DNA from: Macrostomum lignano | Taxonomy: Eukaryota | DNA: 64,000 nucleotides | NCBI GenBank assembly: GCA_002269645.1 | Contig: NIVC01000224.1 | Location: 410,781 to 474,780, forward strand | Direction: 5' to 3' | Shown here: in pieces, positions 52,801 through 64,000 of the stretch | Layout of the letters: each line of letters starts with the position of its first letter | How positions within the stretch are numbered: position 1 is the stretch's first letter | Made by a program: the position numbers and the translations under genes | Notes under the pieces: generated by a model | The model's input: the letters and a program-made list of their open reading frames with translations, nothing else | Told to the model about the DNA's origin: nothing | The model's database searches: none

Positions 52801-54204
52801 CGCCTCGCCCAGCTCTACCGCACCTACGCGGAGGCGGCCGCGCTCCACGGCGCCTCCACGTGGCTCACCTTCGCGTCCGACTCCTGCCGGGACGAAGTCG
52901 AGATTGCGCACCGATCGGCCGCCCGCGTCATCACTGGCTGCTGCCGCTCGACCGCCATTGGCGCCCTCATGGCTGAGGCCGACCTCGTGCCCCTGGCGAC
53001 CAGAGCGGAGGCGGCAGGCGCAGCCCTGTTCGAGCGAGCCCTCCGTCACCGACAACCGACTCCGCTCCGCGCTGCAGCGGGCAAGACCTCTACGCCCCGC
53101 TTGCGCGCTCACGGGGAGCCTGGGGCCTTCCGTAGGAACTGGCGCGACTCGGCGCAGCACCTGAGCGCCGCCGCCGGCCTGGCCACCCTCCCCCGGGAGC
53201 AGGAAAACCTCCCTCCGCCGCCATGGTCCGACACCAGCCGGATCACCATCCGCTGCGACCTCCTGACCGCGACCTCCCGAGAGGAGGCGCCCCACGTCAG
53301 AAAGCTGGCCGCGCTAGAGACGCTGGCGAGCCTCCCGCCCGCCGACCTGGAGCTCTGGACAGACGGTTCAGCCTCCGGGGGCACCCTCAACGGCGGAGCG
53401 GGGGCGGTCATCTTCAGCAAGACCGCGCCGCCAGTCCACCTGTCGCAGGCTGCGGGCCGTTACTCTTCCTCCTTCCGTGCCGAGGAGTCGGCTCTCCGGC
53501 TGGGGCTTCAGCACGTCGCCTCCAGGCCGGACCTTGCCTCCCTGAGCGGCCTCCGCTGCCTGACGGACTCGCAGTCCCTGCTCCGAGCCCTCGAGAAGGG
53601 ACCGTCCAAGTCCTCCTCGCCAGCGTGCCGGGAGATCTGGACGCTGCTGACCCACGTCGCCGCCCGCTTCCCAATCTGGCTGCAATGGGTCCCCAGCCAC
53701 TGCGACCTCCGGCGGAACGATGCTGCGGACGTCACCGCCAAGACCGCGGCCGGCCTCCCCCAGAACGAGACGCCGATCGACTTCGGGTCAGCGCGGGCCG
53801 CCCTCCGCCGGGTCCTCGCTGAGCGCACCCGCGAAGCCAACGCGGCCGACCCGCACTGCGCCACCCACCGTCTGGCAACCGCCATCGCCGCCCCGCGGCC
53901 ACGCCTTAACCGGGCCGACGCGGTGACCCTCGCCCAGCTGCGCACGGGCCACTCACCGCTCCTGCGCTGGTATCGGCACCGGATCGGCCTGGACACCGCC
54001 GCCACCTGCCCCCGCTGCGGGGCCGCCGACGAAGACGTGGCCCACGTCCTCCTGCACTGCCGGGCCCTTGACGACCTTCGGGCCCGCACCCTAGGGCCAA
54101 ACCCGTCCCTGGCCGTCCTCTCGACGGACGGCCTCCGCGCGCTCGATTTCCTCCGCACGGTAGGGGCGCAGACACGCCCCCCGGATCCAACCGGCCGGGA
54201 GTAA
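49826..54204 (+). CDS. LINE polyprotein: 2A peptide, PHD finger, AP endonuclease, reverse transcriptase, RNase H, C-terminal Zn knuckle (3 frameshifts as assembled)
   Basis: HLAQLLLRAGDVESNPGP (49952-50005). PHD CGGC..CCSDCGLWWHRRC..WHCPTC. APE IVQLNAAGL, ACIQET, LGDFNAH, SPDVSF, GSDHLPII. RT APGPDG, FRPISLL, DFSRAYD, GLPQGSVLAP, YADD. RNase H WTDGS, AEESAL, TDSQS, WVPSHC, NDAAD. CPRC..HVLLHC. Frame changes near 50160-50305, about 51620 and about 51875. Confidence 0.9.
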
Positions 54205-55331
54205 CAACAACAACAACGTCGATTTGTTACGCTCTCACTTTCGGCCGATTTTAGAAATCAAGAAGACTGCTCAGAAGGAAGAAGCTTCAAGGAGACGAGC
54301 TCTACAGACGCGTGCTACAAAGAAGAGGAGCCCACAATAGTAAGTGATCACTGACTTTGTTCCCAGGCTTAAGTGTCTGGAAGTGGGAGTTTTCGGGTGA
54401 CTGATCACCACCCGATCAAACTCTTCAGCAGAATATATGGGCAGATTTTTTGCATTTTGTTTTTTTCATCTCAGCATACTCTGTGTGATGCAGCAGCGGA
54501 CATGGTTTGTATTTCTTCTGGTCTGACTCTCCCTTGCTCTGCCAACCCTGGGAATCCAGGCCCTTAGCGAATGACTCTCCTCGATGAGTCACTCCTTACG
54601 CCCACCTCACTCCTCCTTCACGGCCTACTCCTTTCCTCCTTATTAGCAGAATCGAGCTATTGAAGACCCTTTCCGATGTCTATGGCCCAAAAGGAAGTCC
54701 GTGGACCAACCAGTTTTTTTATTTGAAGTTATTGGGTTGAGCTATACTACTAACTATCAAGGACCACTGGAATGTTATAGTCTATAGTCTAAAAGTCTAT
54801 ACAGTCTATAGTAGTCCTTGCTAACTATATATGACATACTAATGCCCTGGTTCAACTGTTGATTTCTACTCCATTTTGTTTTGTTAAATAAACGCAAACA
54901 GGAGTGTACAGCGGCCCTAAACCTTATCTATCATTAGGCATGTACACTTCACTGTGCTTTGGGGGTTGGCCCTCGGGGCGTTAATTTCACGAGCAGAGCC
55001 AAGCCGAGGTTCCAATTTAGCCAAAAAATTAGCATCAAGCCTGGGCCGGCCATGGTCCCCATTAGACGTGCGTTATAGTTACAATGAAAAGCAATTCTCC
55101 CCACTAAAGGATTCAATAGCCTGCGCAGTGTCTCGATTGGCTTGGAAAATGTCATACTACTACATGTAGGGCAAGCTATTCATTACTGTCACTCACTATG
55201 CCGTATGCCGCCCTTTAGCTAGCATTTCACTGCCTCGATCCAGACAAAAGATCAACCCCCCTACACACGGGCCCTCCTTCCCTGTACTGACTATAGCACT
55301 CACGTGAATATTGATGTGAATACTATTTACT

Positions 55332-55472
55332 TTGACATCTCAGCAATTCCCCCGTAAGCCTTGACATCTCAGCAATTCCCCCCGTAAGCCTTGACATCTC
55401 AGCAATTCCCCCAGTAAGCCTTGACATCTCAGCAATTCCCCCCGTGAGCCTTGACATCTCAGCAATTCCCCC
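55332..55472. repeat. About 30-bp tandem repeat, 5 copies
   Basis: TTGACATCTCAGCAATTCCCCC(C)GTAAGCC. Confidence 0.9.
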
Positions 55473-55706
55473 AGCGAGCTTTCAACAGTTTGATTAACCC
55501 AAAAAGCATTAAATTGGAAGCCCTGTGTAGGCTTGCAAAATTTCTTGTATACACGAGCACGATACTCCAATAAAATAGACTTTTAAGTGTCTCAATTATT
55601 TGTTAATTATGAAGAAAATCATTTGCTACTGATACTACTAAAGAATTAGATAAGTAGTAATATTCTTTCGTCAATACAAATAAAAGTAAAACATGTCTGC
55701 TATGCA

Positions 55707-57700
55707 CAGGCGCGTCGCCACCGGGGGACAGGGGGGGGGACATGTGGGAGCACGAGAACTTCCCGCCGAGATTTGCCCGCCGAGATTTGCCCGCCGAGAA
55801 TTGCCCGCCGAGATTTGCCCGCCTAGAATTGCCCGCCGAGATTTGCCCGCCGAGAATTGCCCGCCGAGAATTGCCCGCCGAGATTTGCCCGCCGAGATTT
55901 GCTCGCCGAGAATTGCCCGCCGAGAATTGCCCGCCGAGAATTGCCCGCCGAGATTTGCCCGCCGAGAATTGCCCGCGAGCGAATTTTGAACAGCGCATTT
56001 GGCCACGTGGCAGATTTTGTCTGCATTGCCTCCCTAATGCTTAGTAAGACTTTATAAAGAGATTTACCCGAACAAACGTTTTGATAGTAATTGCATATCA
56101 AATGCATATTTTTTGGGAGGGGGGGGCATTGCAGACAGAATCTAGCTGCCAAATGCGCTATAAGAAAAAAGCATTGCGGGCAAACCTCGGCGGGCAAACC
56201 TCATGGACCCGGTGTTACACTTAAGACTATCCGGGTTTTTTTTGTCTGGCCCGGATATCCGAACGCACTTACGATGTCCGCCCGGATACTGCCAAGCAAA
56301 AAACCTGCTTTGTTTTCTCCTTCCCGGATATCTCGAGCTGCTTTGCATTGTCCGGCACTTTGAGATGTCTCTCCCGGACATCCTACGGGCTACGGCACTG
56401 ACTCTGCTATCCGGCCCGGAGATCACAAGAAGAGAAGTTGTCCCAGGACATCCGACTGTAGGTTGAAAGAGAGGGGTCAGCCTGCGGAGACAGAGGTTTG
56501 CTTTAGGACATCCGGCTACTGATATCCGGGGCTAGAGAAAAAGCAAAATTTCGAAATCAATTTCCGCAAAGTAGAAAAAACTTTTTGCTACTTTTTTCAA
56601 TTGGCAAACATCTTTTTGCATTTCACACACTCCAAACAGAAGTAAAATTAAAGCTATTGCTACTTATACATTGTCAACCGAAAAAAACTGTTACTTGATT
56701 CACCAATCTACATGTAATTCGATCAATCAAAACAGGCGATCCGCTGAATGAATCGTGAAGTTTTTGCTCTTTTGTCTGATTTTTCTTTTTAGATCATCTC
56801 TCTCTCGTACTGGAATTTTCCGGCAGCTCAACATACAACTCGTCGTTCAAAACAAACATTTGTTAAAAACACTTGGTTCAGCGATACTTTAGCCATCGAG
56901 AGATGATCAATTTTCCTAAACGATTTAACGATTTCTAAACGATTTCCTTTCTTGGAACTTCGACAAGAAATAAACTCTATATATCTTAAAAGTTACGTTA
57001 ATATACTCGTAATTTGCGCAACACTTTCCTTTGTCGGCTATTAGCTCGTACACTGATCTTCATTGCACGTACGCTTGTAGTGCTGGCAATGTGACGCCAG
57101 TCCATTATCGATTTATTCTTAGACTGCACCTCATTTTCCCCTCCACTGTCTAAGGTGCAGTCAGGGCCCTTCCTGGCCTCTGAGTCAGCCCCGTTCTCTC
57201 GAAATGATGTCCTGTCCCATTCACATGCGCTTTCTCAGGTAAATAACTTGACCACCTTGCCACCCAAATCTTAATTTATTCACCCGGACAATTTAAGACC
57301 CCGGATATTTCAAAGCCCGATTTCGTTGTGCCTTGGATTATCCAGGGTAGGTTATCGCAAAGCGACAATAATTTTGCTTTGCGATGTCCCCCGGATAAAT
57401 TAAGACCCCGGAGAACAGAAAGCCTAACACCGGGACATGTCCCCCCCCCCAGTAAAAGCTATGGGGCCATGGGGGACATGGGGGACATGCCAATACTTTG
57501 CCCCTCACCTTACCTTGGGACCCGTTGTGACAATTAATAATTATTCTTCCGGGCGCCAGAATATAGCGCTTTCGGCGCCAAAATAAGTGCCTGCGGTGAC
57601 AACACCGATTCTCAAAATATGGACATGTAGGAATTTAGTCATGTCCATGTTGAATTCTTGGCTTTGACCCCCCACCATAAAATCCATGGCGACGCCCCCG
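55707..57700. mobile_element. Non-autonomous hAT-like DNA transposon (about 2.0 kb)
   Basis: 8-bp TSD GCTATGCA at 55699-55706 and 57701-57708. 14-bp TIRs CAGGCGCGTCGCCA / TGGCGACGCCCCCG (12/14 match). Subterminal GGGGACATGT / ACATGTCCCC motifs. An internal 14-bp tandem TTGCCCGCCGAGAW lies at about 55750-55978. No transposase ORF. Confidence 0.82.
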
Positions 57701-57721
57701 GCTATGCAAGACATTCAGTTT

Positions 57722-57880
57722 GGTGACATTGTCTCTGAGTTTTGCGCCATTCTCTCTGAGTTTGGCGCCATTGTTTCTGAGTTTGGCGCCATTGTCTCTG
57801 AGTTTGGCGTTATTATCTCTGAGTTTGGCGCCATTGTCTCTGAGTTTGGCGCTACTGTCATTCAGTTTAGCGCCATCATC
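57722..57880. repeat. 21-bp minisatellite
   Basis: Unit TCTGAGTTTGGCGCCATTGTC. Confidence 0.88.
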
Positions 57881-58627
57881 ACCTCTTTGGCGCCGTTGAG
57901 GCTTTCAAATTGTTTTTGTTCATTCTGAAGTTCATGAAAGATAATAAAACTCAATTCACGCGGTTCATGATCCTATTGGTTTAAATATGATTAATCTAAT
58001 GAGAATTACAGTTTATCACAGAATTTTGCTGTATTTATTTGTCAGCTTTTCGAAATCTCAATTATGGCACTATCACGAATGACTTGCCTACCCCTGCTCT
58101 AAATTAGGAATCTATTAGACCTCTAGGCTCAAGCTTTTTTTCCGAGTCTAAAATGAGCCGTGGCATGGTTCCAGAGGCCGGCGTAGGGTTCTTTGGGCGC
58201 CCCCCCTTCTCACGTATGTCTCTACCCTCCCCTCCCCGTGTGTTTGTGTCCACCCAGTCCGCCCAGTAATAATTTCTCTGTGCTCATCTTCACTGTCTTG
58301 AACTTCTTAGCTTACTTAATGCCTTCATTGCTTATCAAACGCGCGTGTGTGCGTATGTGTGGTACTACGTTTTGTGTGCAACTGGCTAAAAAACCTTATT
58401 ATACTAAGAAGCTTCAACCTCACCCTGCATATCAGCATTGACCCAGTGCTGCTTTTTAAAAACGAGAGAGATAGAGACCTGCGGGTAGCGAAAGACACGA
58501 TTCGAACGGCCTACCGCGCATAACAGAGCTACAGATTTTTTTTAGTCTAGCAACAACGCCTTTTAAAGAATGAATTTTTCCAATGCGCTGATTTATTGCG
58601 ACAATTAGAGCACAGGAAAAAAAGTAG

Positions 58628-61600
58628 ATGGAGCCGCTCATGCAGCTGGTGGTTCCCGAGCTTGATGGCGGCGTCTTGAGACCGCTATTCGACACTATGC
58701 TCCAACAAGGTGTCAATGCAACTGACGACGTTGAATGCAGTGCCAAAGCAAGCACTGTTAGTCAGAACCGCAGCTTCTGCGAACAGAATGTAACCTACGT
58801 GGACCTTGGCAAACCCTTATTAGCCTGGTACCTTCAAAGGTTAAAGTCTCAGGTGCCGCTGTTCGTATCGGCTGGACTGATCTGGCTGATTCTCCTGGCA
58901 GCACTGATCGCAGTCTACTCTCGACTAGCCAGGACGACTAAAGTGCATGAAGCTCACAGATCTAACAGCCCTGTCGAGCGGAAACACCTGCGACCATTGT
59001 TTGTCTTCCTGACCTCCATAGTTCTGCTCATCGTCATTGGCGTTGTGCTGGCCGTGCTGCACTGGGCTGGACGAGCTCGATTCTCCGGAATGTCCGATCT
59101 GGGAGGCTGCAGAAACGGGACGAAGGACTGTGGCGACGACCAGCAGCAGAGGCAGCTGTGGAATCTCTCATCTGGCACTGGTCGCACGCACATGGTTGCC
59201 GCGTTCCGGCGGACAATTGACGAATTTGACGCTTTCGTTGAGCAGTTCATCGTAGAGACCAACGCCACGGTGCTAGCGGTGTGCAAAGAGGCCCTACCAG
59301 AAGTTCTTGCCGTACTGCAAACTGTTGCAACCGACCTGCTGGACAGGCTGGCCAGAGACTTCAAACTGACGCCTCTGTTGACGTCCTTCGATGAGTTCAT
59401 CAATCTGGTGAAGCTGCTGGTTGCCAGCATGCGGGCAATTATGGAGTCCCGCGACACCGTGGTTGAGCCACTCGTCCAGTTCTCTACGCTGGTTGACTCG
59501 GCCAGGCGAGATCTGCAGGAGCTCACAACCGATGCTTGCGCCTCGAACGCCTCTTCCGCGCCAACCTCAGCCGCGACCGCGGATCTGTGCCGAAGAATTT
59601 CTGCTCAACTCAACCTGCTGGACGTTGGCATTGATCAGCGACGCTTAAAGTCGGACAGCAGCGTGACAGTTGTCACATTGTTGGAGAAGATGTTTAAGCT
59701 CAACTTTAGCCAAGTTGAAGACCAGGTTAAGAACGCCAAGGGTCAGCTGTACGGCAGTCTGGAGCTAGTTCGAGCCGAAGTGAGAAAACTCTTTGATAAA
59801 TTAACTCTTGAAGTGTCGCAAAACTTCAACGCGGCCCTGACAGATGCTGAGTTATTTCGCGACGGAGTACGCGGTGCCAAGAAGGACCGAGGATTCTTGG
59901 ACGCCATGAAAACTGTGGACAGCCTTGTACACAGCTTCACAGTAGCGCTGGCCTTTGGCAGTGTTGCATTTGTAATCATTAATGTCATTGCAATGTTCAT
60001 CTCGATTCGCTACCTGCTTAGCTTTCGCGGTATCAGCAGCGACAGTACAGACGGAGGAACAGATGGAGAGCAAATCCCTCTGCAGTACATTGGGAATGGA
60101 AATTCTGCGCCAGTAGCCAATGGCAACGGACGTTGCATCGAGTTGCCGTTCCTTCAAAACAGCGATATCGTCCGGGTTGACCAAAGACAGAAGGCCAAGG
60201 AGCCTCGCGACTGGCACCTGGTCTGCCTGTTTGCCAGCGGTTTGCTGGTTCTGGCGGCGCTGATCTACGCGTCCGCGGTGTTCTACGCTGGCGCCGAGAC
60301 CCAGATGGACGCGTGCCGCTACCTGACCACGGAGACAGGCATCAGCTACCTGGATCAGCGCGTCTACAGTGCAATGATTAACAGGTTATGGCCGCTAGTT
60401 GAAGCATTGATGCCAAATCATTTGATTGATTATTTGGGCTTCAGCAGCGATTTGATGCCGAGAGAATTGCTCAGCACCATCGTGAGCCGATGCGGAAACG
60501 ACTCGGTGACAATCTTCCAAGCTCTCGGCCTGAGCAGTGCCGGGGCAGTAGTCAACGCCAGCCAGTTGCTGCGTGCGCCATTCGTGACCAGGGAACTTAG
60601 CAAAGGCGGTGAAATGATACAGGTGAAGAGGTCTTGAAGAGTTTTCGTTTTCTACTTGTAGACGGAGTTCGCAGGGATTAGCTTTTTTCTCCTAGAGGTG
60701 AACGCAGTTCCGCCATAAACAAATTCCCAAATGTCAGATAGATAAATCATTTCATGCAGAAGAAGGGGTGATGAGAGGCGAGTGAAGAGACGAGAACGGA
60801 GAGAAGAGACGAGAGGGGAGATGAGTGAGGAGAGAAGAGACGAGAGGGGAGAGAGGAGGGAAGAGGGGAGAGAAGAGACGATAGGGGAGAAAAGAGACTA
60901 TAAGAGAGAAGAGACGTGAGGGGGGGAAGACGAGGGGAGAGAAGAGACGAGAGCGGAGAGAAGAGACGAGAGGGGAGAGAAGAGACGAGAGGGGAGAGAA
61001 GAGACGAGAGGGGAGAGAAGAGACGAGAGGGGAGAGAAGAGACGAGAGCGGAGAGAAGAGACGAGAGCGGAGAGAAGAGACGAGAGGGGAGAGAAGAGAC
61101 GAGAGCGGAGAGAAGAGACGAGAGGGGAGAGAAGAGACGAGAGCGGAGAGAAGAGACGAGAGCGGAGAGAAGAGACGAGAGCGGAGAGAAGAGACCAGGG
61201 GAAAGAAGAGACGAGAAGGGAGAAAAGAGACGAGAGGAGGAGAAAAGAGACGAGAGCGGAGAGAAGAGACGAGAGGGGAGAGAAGAGAGGAAGAGAAGAG
61301 ACGAGAGCGGAGAGAAGAGACGAGAGGGGAGAGAAGAGACCAGGGGAAAGAAGAGACGAGAGGGGAGAAAGAGACGAGAGGGGAGAAAGAGACGAGAGCG
61401 GAGAGAAGAGACGAGAGGGGAGAAAAGAGACGAGAGGGGAGAGAAGAGACGAGAGCGGAGAGAAGAGACGAGAGCGGAGAGAAGAGACGAGAGCGGAGAG
61501 AAGAGACCAGGGGAAAGAAGAGACGAGAGGGGAGAAAAGAGACGAGAGGGGAGAGAAGAGACGAGAGCGGAGAGAAGAGACGAGAGCGGAGAGAAGAGAC

Positions 61601-62805
61601 GAGAGGGGAGAGAAGAGACGAGAGCGGAGAGAAGAGACGAGAGGGAGAGAAGAGACGAGAGGGGAGAGAAGAGACGAGAGCGGAGAGAAGAGACGAGAGC
61701 GGAGGAAAGAGACGAGAGCGGAGAGAAGAGACGAGAGGGGAGAGAAGAGACGAGAGCGGAGAGAAGAGACGAGAGCGGAGAGAAGAGACGAGAGGGGAGA
61801 GAAGAGACGAGAGCGGAGAGAAGAGACGAGAGGGAGAGAAGAGACGAGAGGGGAGAGAAGAGACGAGAGCGGAGAGAAGAGACGAGAGCGGAGGAAAGAG
61901 ACGAGAGCGGAGAGAAGAGACGAGAAGGGAGAAAAGAGACGAGAGGAGGAGAAAAGAGACGAGAGGGGAGGGAAGAGACGAAAGGAGACACTAAAGGAGA
62001 AAAGTGTAAGAAAGTGCGTAAGACTACAAGGAGGACGTGAGCAACTGACACTCATGTGACACGCTTGCAAAACACTCGAAAATTTCGCAGGACCTCGTCC
62101 GCGATCTGGACACAAACAATCTCATTCCGCCGAGGTGGACGATCTCCTGAAGAATACCCTGCCAAATTTCGCTTCGGCAATTGACTCGGAGAATTTCGCT
62201 TCGAGCATTCTGGAATTGAACAAACCGTTGCTGTTACTGTCCGCAGCGGACTTTCGCAGCCTTCGCGGCACCTGAGCCGGCTTGAGGACAATCTGAGGCG
62301 AGCAAATTCTACCGATCGAAGACCCGACCTGATCAACTACATGGCGCACAAAACTGAGAGAAATATCGACAGATGGAACCGGACACTCATAGCGGGACTA
62401 AAATTTCTATTAGGAAATTTTACAACTCTGCAAACGAATCGAAGATTAACAAATTTGACGTTTAGTCTGACGGTTGATGCGTTGAATCTTAAAAAAACTT
62501 TAGCGAACAAATATTTCTTGCTAAGGTCGATTGCTAGACGCTACAATGAGACTCTGTTTGAGCACATGTCGATGATTGCCGAGCTTGGGAACAGCCTCAT
62601 CAGTCGGCTGCTCAATCGGGTTGGACGGTGCGGTCCGCTGCGCGACATCTTTCAGATTTCCGTCAAATGGTGCCAGGTGCAAATTGAGCCACTGCCAGAA
62701 ACTGGGATCTACTTGATGGCGTCTTGTATTGCATTTTACATTATGGTGCATCTCATGCTGTGCCTCATGTATCGCATGAGAACGAAAACTGAGGTGTACT
62801 CTTAA
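58628..62805 (+). CDS. Pentaspan membrane glycoprotein, prominin-like (prominin/tweety topology)
   Basis: Exon 58628-60622 gives TM1, TM2, a ~290-aa helical N-glycosylated loop, TM3, TM4 and the start of a second large loop. Intron 60623-62090. Exon 62091-62805 ends in TM5 (GIYLMASCIAFYIMVHLMLCLMY) but needs two single-base insertions (about 62128 and 62272) to stay in frame. Confidence 0.65.
60775..61990. repeat. 19-bp GA-rich minisatellite, intronic
   Basis: Unit GAGAAGAGACGAGAGSGGA. Confidence 0.95.
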
Positions 62806-62897
62806 CGGGTGAGGCACTCTTCCAATGGGTGAGGCACTCTTCCAATGGGTGAGGCACTCTTCCAACGGGTGAGGCACTCTTCCAACGGGTGAGGCCA
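62803..62897. repeat. 20-bp tandem repeat starting at the prominin-like stop codon
   Basis: GGGTGAGGCACTCTTCCAAY, about 4-5 copies. Confidence 0.85.
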
Positions 62898-64000
62898 TTG
62901 CTATTTGCCTGTCTGCTAGAACTTTTTTTCTCAATTTACTGATTGTAACTTCGAATACTACTACAGTGGCTACTAAGTAGTAGTTCAATCGCTATTTTAA
63001 ATCCGATTTTCTGGTGCAGAGTCAGGTTTTGGAGAAGTCTTTCGTCTTTAAAACTTTATTGCCAGTTTAATCTGCTCTCGCGTCATAAAACCACAAAAAC
63101 CAGATAATTTTTTATATCTCTAGGCCCTACATAAAGTAGCGAGTCGAGTAGAGAATTTGGATATTTTGCTTCTCTTTTCATTGGAATTGTAGTTCGAATT
63201 CAAACTAGCTTATTGTACAGTACAAATTTGCTTCTTTTTTACTTTTTAAATTTGTTTGATGTTAATCGAATTTTGTTGAAACCTGAACATACGTCTTGCC
63301 TTGCCGCCCACTGGGTCGTCAAACTCCACAATTAATATGAAAACAAAAACAATTTTTGCGTTTTCCAAAATACAATGCGCCTTAGGAAAATATTCATTTT
63401 TTCTTGCTATTTTTGAATTGCCAAAGTTGGAAACAACTAATCTTTGCCTTTCCATCTTTTTGTATTTGGTTAATTGTCACAGTGAATAATTGAAAAAAGG
63501 AATATCTGTCAGTCAGTTAGGCGTCATCAAGGCTAATAAATATTATGATTTTATAATTTTATAAACATGTAAAGATTGCTTTCGTCAGTCAAGTTGATAA
63601 TTACGCCAATCAAATGGGGATAATAAGGAAGAGGGAGCAGCCCATTTGGGCCTTCGCGCATTTAATTTAATCCAAGATTCATTTGCCAATGCAATGGGCT
63701 TTTGTCTATGGTAGCAAGGGGTTTCAGAAAGCTATATTAAAAACAGCACTAATTGTCAAAAGTTTTGTGCCCAAAATTGTCTATGGCGAAGTGGAGTTTC
63801 TGTAACTGGCTTTGATTGGCTTTATTGTCTTTGGCGAGTGTAGATCTGTGGCAGTGGCTTTTATTATCAGCAAAAGTCCACAACACCCTGCGGTTTATGT
63901 ACAGAGGAAGACTATAAAATAAAAATACATTAGATTTTTAAAAAGACATTAGATTACATTAGAAAATAAAAGATTAGCACCTGCTACTAATTTTCAAATG

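Larger units (their letters stand above)
49783..54215 (+). mobile_element. Full-length Ingi/L1Tc-type (I-group) non-LTR retrotransposon
   Basis: 12-bp TSD ACGTCGATTTGT at 49771-49782 and 54216-54227. The (AAC)n tail begins at the stop codon. The element is very GC-rich against AT-rich flanks. Domain order 2A-PHD-APE-RT-RNase H-CCHC. Confidence 0.92.

Noticed and set aside
49724-54190. Numerous overlapping and antisense ORFs within the LINE
   Set aside because: These are expected shadow ORFs of very GC-rich coding DNA, with no recognisable domains.

Overview
This is eukaryotic (metazoan) genomic DNA with GT-AG introns. Most introns are filled with mini- or microsatellites, and the GC-rich exons encode poly-Ala/Gln/Ser runs. 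The style suggests a free-living flatworm such as Macrostomum, but that assignment is inference only. Genes, in order: a multi-exon MFS transporter; a tandem array of three intact and one truncated intronless zinc-knuckle/coiled-coil/NHL-like beta-propeller genes with patchwork sequence exchange; a one-domain eIF4A-like DEAD-box gene with degenerate catalytic motifs; TEX10/Ipi1; XPNPEP3-type Xaa-Pro aminopeptidase; an intronless rhodopsin-type GPCR (minus strand); and a 5-TM prominin/tweety-like gene. Mobile DNA: a full-length 4.4-kb Ingi/L1Tc-type non-LTR retrotransposon with a 12-bp TSD and (AAC)n tail; a 2-kb non-autonomous hAT-like element with an 8-bp TSD; a tRNA-derived SINE; and a 1.3-kb GC-rich insert between 59-bp direct repeats. 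The most striking signal is the LINE's 5' end. It folds by hand into a complete HDV-like double-pseudoknot ribozyme that contains the start codon, followed by a virus-like 2A StopGo motif, then PHD-APE-RT-RNase H. No CRISPR arrays or rRNA genes were seen. All structures and splice models were derived by eye, without database searches.
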